DNA of 16,592 nucleotides from Candidatus Omnitrophota bacterium (lineage in GTDB: Bacteria > Ratteibacteria > UBA8468 > MWAK01). The DNA lies in assembly GCA_043797665.1 (NCBI GenBank), contig JAZDPL010000063.1:1-16592 (forward strand), in the 5' to 3' direction. Shown here in pieces: positions 1 through 6,130 of the stretch (position 1 is the first letter of the stretch; each line of letters begins with the position of its first letter). The translations under genes were made by a program, and so were the position numbers. Under the pieces are notes generated by a model. That model ran no database searches. It saw nothing but the letters and a program-made list of their open reading frames with translations, and was not told the origin of the DNA.

Positions 1-136
1 GCGTGCCACAGCCAATCTCTGTACCATTGCCCACATTACTCTCCTGGTTGTTGCTTACCTTGCCTCTTTTGTCAAAGAACCGAAAAGAATTCGGTTTGTT
101 AAAAGCTTCATCCCGAATCTTTAGTTTCGTGAAGCC
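1..136 (+). mobile_element. Right end of a probable DDE insertion sequence (IS5/IS1182-like): transposase C-terminus (2-124) plus putative terminal repeat, inserted at CTAG
   Basis: Frame +2 is open from the window edge: RATANLCTIAHITLLVVAYLASFVKEPKRIRFVKSFIPNL*, stop TAG at 122-124. It resembles DDE transposase C-termini. It is followed by TTTCGTGAAGCC (125-136) and CTAG (137-140), exactly where the IS3 orfA homology breaks off. Confidence 0.55.
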
Positions 137-464
137 CTAGCTCTTTAAGGCGGTTATTTTCTTCCCTCAGATGCCTTACTTCGTTGCTGGTGGCATCACG
201 TAGGGAGTCCCTCTTAAGTCGTGCCTTGCCTGCTTCCATAAAGTCCTTCAGCCAGGTGTAGTAAATAGCTGAGGAGATGCTTTCCTTGCGGCAGAGGTCT
301 GAGACGGGTATCTCTTTACGGAATCCTTCCAGGACAATTCTGATCTTGTCTTCGGAAGAAAACTTCCGGCGGGTATAGCGGCGTACTTCGCGGATGAGCC
401 GGGCGGCGCTGCCAGGGGCAGCAACTTCCTTTTCTTTCTCTAAAACCAGGGTGGATTCTTCCAT
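108..464 (-). pseudogene. IS3-family transposase OrfA (HTH), C-terminally truncated by insertion
   Basis: RRYTRRKFSSEDKIRIVLEG...SDLCRKESISSAIYYTWLKDFMEAGKARL...EVRHLREENNRLKEL is typical IS3 OrfA. The expected leucine-zipper/LKK tail is replaced by GLHETKDSG*. Likely start is ATG at 464 behind AAGGAG. Confidence 0.8.
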
Positions 465-520
465 TTTTCTCCTTTCGGTCAGGTTACTATTATAACCTGC
501 CCAATCCACCCGGACTAACA
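137..520 (-). mobile_element. Left part of an IS3-family element (left end TGTTAGTCC... at 520, orfA), interrupted at 137-140
   Basis: Minus strand begins 5'-TGTTAGTCCGGGTGGATTGGGCA at 520 (TG terminus), then RBS AAGGAG and an OrfA-type HTH protein. Confidence 0.75.
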
Positions 521-578
521 TCAAAAACTACAAACTAAGAAATCGCCCCATTTGTCCAACGGTTGCTGAAGACGCACA
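521..578 (+). mobile_element. Putative right end of a further IS3-like element (...TTTGTCCAACGGTTGCTGAAGACGCACA)
   Basis: Ends in CA at 578. Its reverse complement TGTGCGTCTTCAGCAACCGTTGGACA shares the TGTnnGTC...TTGGnCA pattern with the left end at 520. FN3 coding sequence starts immediately after. Confidence 0.5.
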
Positions 579-949
579 ACTCTGGTGGTAGTACCGCTGG
601 TTTTCCTGCTGCCGTAACCGGGTCTGCCACCGCTATTGCCTCTTCTTCCGCCACCTTAACCGGCACAATAAACCCCGATGGTTTGGTTACCACCTACTAC
701 TTCCAGTACGGTTTAGTATCCGGCGGAGGAACTCAGGATATGGTAACCAGGAGCGTGGATGCCGGCTCCGGAACGGACGCTGTTTCCGTCAATGCGCAGA
801 TTTTCAGTCTTTCTCCCGGCACTAATTATTACTACTACGTTGTGGGTATGAACAGGTCGGGAGTAAGTTACGGAGACGCGCAATTCTTTACCACCGAAAG
901 CACCCCGCAGATGGGTAAAGAGCCTTTCGGCGGAAGTACCCTGCAGTAA
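579..949 (+). pseudogene. C-terminal fragment of a fibronectin type III (FN3)-repeat surface or secreted protein, 5' part separated by IS insertion
   Basis: PAAVTGSATAIASSSATLTGTINPDGLVTTYYFQYG...LSPGTNYYYYVVGMNRSGVSYGDAQFFTT matches the FN3-like SATL.G.VNP.G..T.Y.F.YG...L.P.T.YYY...A.N..G..YG....FTT repeat. The ORF-track start (TTG 563) has no RBS and lies inside the putative IS end. Confidence 0.7.
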
Positions 950-950
950 A
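789..950 (+). repeat. 162-bp direct repeat, copy 1 (3' end of the FN3 gene)
   Basis: Aligns without gaps to 1768-1929 (offset 979) with 6 mismatches. Confidence 0.97.
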
Positions 951-1025
951 GAACACTTCCTCTCCACGTCCTTTTACCTCTGTATTGAACCAGCGTACCT
1001 TCTGATACCTTACTTGTTTGTGGTT

Positions 1026-1055
1026 TTGACACCATCTCCGCTGATGGCTTATAAT
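1026..1055 (+). promoter_or_regulatory. Consensus sigma70 promoter of the MNT-HepT operon with an inverted repeat in the spacer
   Basis: TTGACA (1026-1031), 18 bp, TATAAT (1050-1055). The spacer contains CCATC-N6-GATGG. Confidence 0.75.
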
Positions 1056-1130
1056 GGAATATGTAAATACCCATTGAACACCGTGGCAATCTCGTAAGGG
1101 CAAGGATTTGATGAGCGGAGGAGATAAGGA

Positions 1131-1421
1131 ATGAACAAGGAAAAGGTTGAGGAGATTAAAAAAAGAATTATCCCCATACTCAGACGATATAATGTCAGGA
1201 GGGCGGGGATTTTCGGATCGGTCGTAAGAGGTGAGGAGATAGAGAAAAGTGATATAGATGTTTTAGTAGAGATAAAAGAAAGGATGAGTTTACTTGATTT
1301 TGCAGGGTTAAAGTTAGAACTGGAAGAGGCTCTCGGCAAGAAAGTGGATTTGGGAGAGTATTCAACTATCAAACCAATTATAAAAGAACAAATATTAAGC
1401 GAAGAGATGGCTATTCTATGA
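1131..1421 (+). CDS. mntA: Minimal nucleotidyltransferase (MntA-type antitoxin)
   Basis: 96 aa with GSX10DXD motif (GSVVRGEEIEKSDID). GGAGG upstream. Its stop overlaps the next start (ATGA). Confidence 0.92.
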   Translation: MNKEKVEEIKKRIIPILRRYNVRRAGIFGSVVRGEEIEKSDIDVLVEIKERMSLLDFAGLKLELEEALGKKVDLGEYSTIKPIIKEQILSEEMAIL

Positions 1422-1753
1422 AAAGAAACCTGAATCTCTACCTGCAGGATATATGGGAAAGCATCCTGGCAATAGAGGAATACACTCAAAACATTACTGA
1501 GGAGAAATTTCGTTCAACCCGACAGGTCCAGGATGCAGTTATAAGAAGATTGGAAATAATTGGCGAAGCAGTCAAAAATATAGATGAGAATTTTCGAAAT
1601 AAATATCCTGAAATACCTTGGAAGAAAATTTCCGGGATGAGAGATATCATTGCCCATGAATACTTTGGGGTAAGATTTGACAGGGTGTGGGATGTTGTGA
1701 CGAAAGACCTGCCTTCTCTAAAGCAGCAAATGCTTCTAATAATGGGAGAATAA
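1418..1753 (+). CDS. hepT: HepT-like (DUF86) HEPN RNase toxin
   Basis: 111 aa. DAVIRRLEIIGEAVK, YPEIPW and RX4HXY motif (RDIIAHEY). Coupled to the MNT gene. Confidence 0.92.
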   Translation: MKRNLNLYLQDIWESILAIEEYTQNITEEKFRSTRQVQDAVIRRLEIIGEAVKNIDENFRNKYPEIPWKKISGMRDIIAHEYFGVRFDRVWDVVTKDLPSLKQQMLLIMGE

Positions 1754-1767
1754 AATTCCTGTAGGGT

Positions 1768-1929
1768 TCAATGCGCAGATTTTCAGTCTTTCTCCCGGCA
1801 CTAATTATTACTACTACGTTGTGGGTATGAACAGTTCGGGAGTAAGTTACGGAGACGCCCAGTTTTTTACCACCGAAAGCACTCCGCAAATGGGTAAAGA
1901 GCCTTTCGGCGGAAGTACCCTGCAGTAAA
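1768..1929 (+). repeat. 162-bp direct repeat, copy 2 (displaced 3' end of the FN3 gene, no start codon)
   Basis: 156/162 identical to 789-950. Reading frame and stop codon are intact. Confidence 0.97.
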
Positions 1930-1974
1930 ACAGTAGGGGAAATTTGGGCAGGGGACGGCAAGAACCAATGTAAA

Positions 1975-2214
1975 TTACACCGAAGAATAATGTGTAGTAT
2001 ATTTATCCAGTAGTTCACGTATCATCTTTTGATACTTTGTGTGGTGCCGCTCCGCATGATTTTTGAAAAATTCAACGCTGGATTTTTTCAGAGAAATGGT
2101 AACTTTTACAGTTTTTTCATCAGGCAGAACCAGTCTCTCTGGCGAGGGTAGAAAGTCCTTAACCCTAAACATTTTCCCTACCGGCTCATTCGGGTCCATC
2201 ATCTTCTTTGACAT
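1975..2214 (-). CDS. BrnA/CopG-like (RHH) antitoxin
   Basis: MSKKMMDPNEPVG...KDFLPSPERLV...VKVTISLKKSSVEFFK...HHTKYQKMIRELLDKY, 79 aa. Own ATG at 2214 with GGAG upstream. Confidence 0.85.
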   Translation of the reverse strand: MSKKMMDPNEPVGKMFRVKDFLPSPERLVLPDEKTVKVTISLKKSSVEFFKNHAERHHTKYQKMIRELLDKYTTHYSSV

Positions 2215-2475
2215 AACACTCTTCTCCTTTTCGCCAATATCCGGCGCCAAATATCCTAATCTTGCCGCCACGATAAATCTAACCGTCAAAATTCTTTCCG
2301 CCACCTTTCCGATGCAGAAAAACCTTCCTTCTTCCTCGCTATGCTTGGAATCCACATAAATCTTTCTTCCGGGATCTTTAAAAACCTTTGCAGCAGTTAC
2401 GAAGTCAACTCCGTGCTTCTTAATATTGGCTAATTCTTTTCCGGAGTTCCAGATAAAACCGGATTTTTCATCCAT
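2186..2475 (-). pseudogene. brnT: BrnT-family (DUF497) RNase toxin with a frameshift at about 2273-2277
   Basis: FIWNSGKELANIKKHGVDF...HSEEEGRFFCIG...ILTVRF in one frame. The family-typical continuation RGGKIRIFGAGYWRKGEECYVKEDDGPE* is in another frame (2272-2186). Confidence 0.85.
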
Positions 2476-2483
2476 CCAAATCA

Positions 2484-2512
2484 ATTCTATCACAAAGACA
2501 ACAATTTGTCAA
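2484..2512 (-). promoter_or_regulatory. Sigma70 promoter of the brnT-brnA operon (near-leaderless)
   Basis: Minus strand: TTGACA (2512-2507), 17 bp, extended TGn-TAGAAT (2489-2484). ATG at 2475 lies 8 nt downstream. Confidence 0.7.
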
Positions 2513-2520
2513 TATAATAG

Positions 2521-2538
2521 TATGTATCATTATACATA
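2521..2538. promoter_or_regulatory. Palindromic operator-like site TATGTAT-CATT-ATACATA
   Basis: Perfect 7-bp inverted repeat just upstream of the brnT -35 box. Confidence 0.45.
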
Positions 2539-2642
2539 AGAAGATGAAAAAGGAGGTACCGATGTTTACTCGCAATGACACCCCCCCTGAGTTGAGTTAC
2601 CCTTCACGAACATGGTATCATTTAATATGAAAAGGGGGAACG

Positions 2643-4058
2643 ATGAAAAGATTATGGATTTGGGGGGCAATCTTTTTGTTTGCAGGCAGTCTTCTCTCCG
2701 CCGGAGAGATGGAAAGAAAAGACGTAAGCCTTACGGTGTACAACCAAAATTTCGCTTTGGTACGGGACGTACGTCTTCTGGAACTAAAAGAAGGGATAAA
2801 CACGGTGCGGTTTGAAGACATCGCTTCCCAGATTGACGCTACCAGCGTGCATTTCAACTCTCTGACCGACCCGGCGGGCTGTTCTATTTTAGAACAGAAC
2901 TTTGAATATGACCTGGTAAGTGCGGATAAACTTCTCCGGAAGTACATTGATAAGGAAATCCGGGTGGTAACCAGAGATAACAACCTTTATGAAGGCTTCC
3001 TTTCCAGTTATGACGGTCAACAACTGGTTCTGGCAAAAACTCCGGATAAAGGACCTTTGTTCATCGTTAACCGGGAAAACGTAAGAAACATAGAGTTTCC
3101 CCAGTTACCGGAAGGCTTGATTACCAAACCGACCCTGGTCTGGTCCATATTCAACGAAAAATCCAGGCAGCACCAGGTAGAGTTAAGTTATCTGACCAAC
3201 GGAATGAACTGGTCCGCAGACTACGTTGCCAGCGTATCCAAGGATGAAAAGAATATCTCATTAAACGGGTGGGTAACCATCAACAACAATTCCGGCACCG
3301 GCTACGAAAACGCCAACCTGAAATTGATTGCGGGGGACGTCCACCGGGTTACGGAACAACCCAGGAACCGAAGAGAAGACGCGATGCTTGAAACAAAAGC
3401 CATGGGTGGTGCACCAGCCCAGTTTGAGGAAAAATCCTTTTTTGAGTACCACCTTTATACTCTGCAGAGGAGAACCGACCTGAAGAATAATCAGACCAAA
3501 CAGATAACGCTCTTTACCGCACCACAGGTCCCGGTAGAAAAGGTCTATAACTATGACGGTGCGTTATACCGGTGGTATTATTATAACGACTGGCAAAAGC
3601 AGACCTGTAATAAAAAGGTGGCGGTGAATCTGGAATTTAAAAACAGCGAGAAAAACGGCCTGGGAATTCCCTTGCCCAAGGGAAAGGTAAGGGTTTATAA
3701 GGCGGATACGGACGACACGCTCCAGTTTATCGGCGAGGACCGGATAGACCATACACCTAAAGACGAAAAGATTACCCTTTTTCTGGGCAACGCTTTTGAC
3801 ATCGTGGGAGAAAGGAAGGTCACCGACCACAAAATAATTACCAGTAATGTCTACCGCGATTCTTATGAAATCACCCTGCGAAACCATAAAAAAGAACCCG
3901 TTACCGTCAACGTGATTGAACACCAGTGGGCGGACTGGAAGATTCTGGAATCCAGCCATAAATATCAGAAAAAAGACGCCGTTACCGCAGAGTTCAATAT
4001 CCCGGTACCAAAAGACGGTGAAGTCAAGTTAGACTATACCGCCGAATATAAATTCTAA
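2643..4058 (+). CDS. DUF4139 domain-containing exported protein
   Basis: Signal peptide MKRLWIWGAIFLFAGSLLSA. Motifs LTVYNQNFALVRD, LEQNFEYDL, LSYLTNGMNWSADY, YHLYTL, GIPLPKGKVRVY, IGEDRIDHTPKDE, LGNAFD. Confidence 0.88.
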   Translation: MKRLWIWGAIFLFAGSLLSAGEMERKDVSLTVYNQNFALVRDVRLLELKEGINTVRFEDIASQIDATSVHFNSLTDPAGCSILEQNFEYDLVSADKLLRKYIDKEIRVVTRDNNLYEGFLSSYDGQQLVLAKTPDKGPLFIVNRENVRNIEFPQLPEGLITKPTLVWSIFNEKSRQHQVELSYLTNGMNWSADYVASVSKDEKNISLNGWVTINNNSGTGYENANLKLIAGDVHRVTEQPRNRREDAMLETKAMGGAPAQFEEKSFFEYHLYTLQRRTDLKNNQTKQITLFTAPQVPVEKVYNYDGALYRWYYYNDWQKQTCNKKVAVNLEFKNSEKNGLGIPLPKGKVRVYKADTDDTLQFIGEDRIDHTPKDEKITLFLGNAFDIVGERKVTDHKIITSNVYRDSYEITLRNHKKEPVTVNVIEHQWADWKILESSHKYQKKDAVTAEFNIPVPKDGEVKLDYTAEYKF

Positions 4059-4076
4059 CGGATACAAACGCGGTAA

Positions 4077-4126
4077 GTAGGGGCTTGATTTATCAAGCCC
4101 GCGGGGCGGATGAATCCGCCCCCTAC
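4077..4126. repeat. GTAG-type REP doublet (REPIN-like), copy 1
   Basis: GTAG-GGGCTTGA-TTTA-TCAAGCCC-GC-GGGGCGGA-TGAA-TCCGCCCC-CTAC: two inverted hairpins with GTAG/CTAC termini. Confidence 0.85.
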
Positions 4127-4150
4127 ATGAAGAATTACGGGGAGGTGGGT

Positions 4151-4453
4151 ATGGAAAAGAAGGGTCTGATAGACAAAGCGCTGGAATTTGGTTTGGGAAT
4201 TGCCGCCTACAGTGAAGAAAAACTGGCGGAGTTTCTCAAAGAGGTAACCGCAAAGGGGGAGACCAAACGTGAGGACGTGGCAAAGTTCAAAGAAGAATTC
4301 CGGAAAAAAGGGGCTGCCTTCCGGAAAGAGTTTGCCGAAAGGGTAAAGAAGGAAGTAGAGTACGTCATTAAAAAGATGAACCTGGCGACCAGCCAGGACC
4401 TGGAAGAACTGAAGAAACGGATAGAAGCCCTGGAAAAAAAGAACGACCAGTGA
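4151..4453 (+). CDS. Phasin-family / PHA-synthesis-regulator-like small coiled-coil protein
   Basis: GGAGG RBS, ATG at 4151. IDKALEFGLGIAAYSEEKL...G...MNLATSQDLEELKKRIEALE. This family typically sits upstream of ABC1 kinases. Confidence 0.75.
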   Translation: MEKKGLIDKALEFGLGIAAYSEEKLAEFLKEVTAKGETKREDVAKFKEEFRKKGAAFRKEFAERVKKEVEYVIKKMNLATSQDLEELKKRIEALEKKNDQ

Positions 4454-4460
4454 AATTAAC

Positions 4461-4509
4461 CCCCCGCCCTACAAGGCGCGGGTACTCTTGTCATGGGATT
4501 GACAAGGGG
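4461..4509. other. Two short intergenic hairpins
   Basis: CCC-C-CGCC/GGCG-C-GGG (4461-4482) and CTTGTCA/TGACAAG (4487-4506). Confidence 0.4.
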
Positions 4510-4515
4510 GCTTCT

Positions 4516-4565
4516 GTAGGGGTTCGATTTATCGAACCCGCGGGTCGGATGAATCCGACCCCTAC
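4516..4565. repeat. GTAG-type REP doublet (REPIN-like), copy 2
   Basis: GTAG-GGGTTCGA-TTTA-TCGAACCC-GC-GGGTCGGA-TGAA-TCCGACCC-CTAC. 44/50 identical to copy 1. Confidence 0.85.
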
Positions 4566-4582
4566 GTTACCGCTTTTACCTT

Positions 4583-6130
4583 ATGCTGCCGATACGGAAT
4601 TTGGGACGGGTGCGACAGGTATTGACCGTGGTCACTCGTCACGGCCTGGGTTATCTGACCGACCGGATACTTTCGGAACCGGTCTTCCGTTTTCTACGGC
4701 GCCGGAGAGGTCAAGCCCCCTCGGAATTTGTTGCCGCAGAAAAGCTGGTCCTCGCCCTGGAAGAGTTGGGTCCCACCTACGTTAAATTAGGCCAGTTCTT
4801 GAGCCTCAGGCCCGACATACTTCCTCCTGTTTTTATCAGTGCCTTCGGTAAACTATACGACAAAGTAAAACCGGTCCCTTTTATTGAGATTAAAGAAGTA
4901 ATCCGGGAAGAATTCGGAAAACCGGCGGAAGAACTGTTCTTGGAATTTTCTTCCCAGCCCTTAGCCGCCGCCTCGCTGGCTCAGGTTCATATCGCAAAAT
5001 TACCGGACGGAAAAGAAGTCGTGGTAAAGGTTCAGCGGCCAAAAATTAAACCCATCATCCAGGCTGACTTAGCTATCCTTTCGGACCTGGCGCACCTTGT
5101 TCAGCGCCGGATTCCGGAAACCAGAATCTTTAAACCAATTGAACTGGTTTCGGAATTTGAGCATCAGTTAACGCGGGAATTAGACTTTCAATTAGAGGCA
5201 ATGCGGGTTGAGCGCTTCCGCAGCCGTTTTATTGATGACCCGGACCTCTATATTCCGGCGGTCCACTGGAACTATACCACCCCCCGGGTTCTGACCCTGG
5301 AACGGGTTAAAGGCATCGGACCCTACCCGGACCAGTTGAAAGCGGCCCAGATTTCACCGGAAGAGACTGCGGACCGGCTCTTCCGAACTTTTTTGCGGGA
5401 AGTCCTGGAGTTCGGGACGTTTCACGCCGACCCCCATCCGGGTAACATCTGCCTGTGCGGCGGACGCATCTGCCTTATAGATTTTGGAATTGTGGGTTTT
5501 TTAACCGAACCTGACCGGGAAATCCTCTTTGATATCGTCTCCAGTTTTGCCGGCGAAGACCTGGATAATCTTATCGCTGCCTTCTATCGGTTCCGACTCA
5601 TCTCCCCGGACATCAACGAGCGCCTCTTCCGCCGGGCCATGGCTGACCTTTTTGAACGCTACCGGGGACTGCCCGTAGGCAGAATAAAATTAGGCCAGTT
5701 TTTAATCGACGCCATCCGTGTCGGGCGGAAATTTGAAATCTCTTTTCCTTCGGACTTGGCACTTCTGGGCAAAGCACTCCTGATGATCGAAAGTCTGGCT
5801 TCTTCGCTAAACCCTGCCTTCGAACCTTTAACCGCGGCCAGACCGCTCATCAAAAAAATTAAAGCAGAATACTTCCGACCGGAAAATTTAGTTTCCCGGA
5901 TGGTCCACAAAACACGGCTTGTCGGCCAGAACCTGACCGAAACACCAAACCTCCTTTTTTCAACTCTGCGTAAAGTCGAAAGCGGAAACCTGAAGATACA
6001 GTTCATCCACCAGGGGCTGGAAGGAATAACACGCGAACTGGAACAGTCCATAACCCGGTTAGCCTGGGCGCTTCTTCTGGCCGCCGTCATCATTTCCGGC
6101 GCCTTAATCTTTATCAAATATGTTCGTTGA
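4583..6130 (+). CDS. ABC1/UbiB/AarF-family atypical protein kinase
   Basis: LEELGPTYVKLGQFLS, PLAAASLAQVH, VKVQRP, FHADPHPGN, DFGIVG and a C-terminal TM helix. Confidence 0.93.
   Translation: MLPIRNLGRVRQVLTVVTRHGLGYLTDRILSEPVFRFLRRRRGQAPSEFVAAEKLVLALEELGPTYVKLGQFLSLRPDILPPVFISAFGKLYDKVKPVPFIEIKEVIREEFGKPAEELFLEFSSQPLAAASLAQVHIAKLPDGKEVVVKVQRPKIKPIIQADLAILSDLAHLVQRRIPETRIFKPIELVSEFEHQLTRELDFQLEAMRVERFRSRFIDDPDLYIPAVHWNYTTPRVLTLERVKGIGPYPDQLKAAQISPEETADRLFRTFLREVLEFGTFHADPHPGNICLCGGRICLIDFGIVGFLTEPDREILFDIVSSFAGEDLDNLIAAFYRFRLISPDINERLFRRAMADLFERYRGLPVGRIKLGQFLIDAIRVGRKFEISFPSDLALLGKALLMIESLASSLNPAFEPLTAARPLIKKIKAEYFRPENLVSRMVHKTRLVGQNLTETPNLLFSTLRKVESGNLKIQFIHQGLEGITRELEQSITRLAWALLLAAVIISGALIFIKYVR

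Larger units (their letters stand above)
985..1771 (+). mobile_element. Putative non-autonomous cassette bounded by TTGAACC...GGTTCAA carrying promoter plus MNT-HepT
   Basis: The ends match the two halves of the 44-bp element at 14421-14464: left 12/15 identical, right 18 identical bases plus one extra G. Confidence 0.5.

Noticed and set aside
789..1929. Diversity-generating retroelement (VR/TR pair at the 3' end of an FN3/Ig-like gene)
   Set aside because: The mismatches are not adenine-specific in either copy (G/T, G/C, A/G, C/T, C/T, G/A), they are third-position and mostly synonymous, and no reverse transcriptase or avd gene is in the window.
1930..1974. GTAGGGG and TTGGGCAGG matches to the REP start and to the IS3 left end
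   Set aside because: The matches are only 7-9 bp with no hairpin or partner end, which is compatible with chance.
713..2018. Minus-strand ORFs 713-967 and 1647-2018 that resemble each other
   Set aside because: They are antisense shadows of the duplicated FN3 tail. The substitutions are synonymous in the plus-strand FN3 frame.
951..2640. Integron cassette array / attC sites around the TA modules
   Set aside because: No RYYYAAC...GTTRRRY sites with L boxes follow the genes, the TTGAAC/GTTCAA motif does not fit that consensus, and no integron integrase is seen.
4077..4565. CRISPR array
   Set aside because: Only two 50-bp palindromic copies, 439 bp apart and separated by a gene. There are no regular spacers and no cas genes.
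4450..4785. ORF-track 111-aa ORF and the N-terminal extension 4085-4150
   Set aside because: They read through REP hairpins and overlap the kinase gene in another frame. The RBS points to ATG 4151 for the phasin-like gene.
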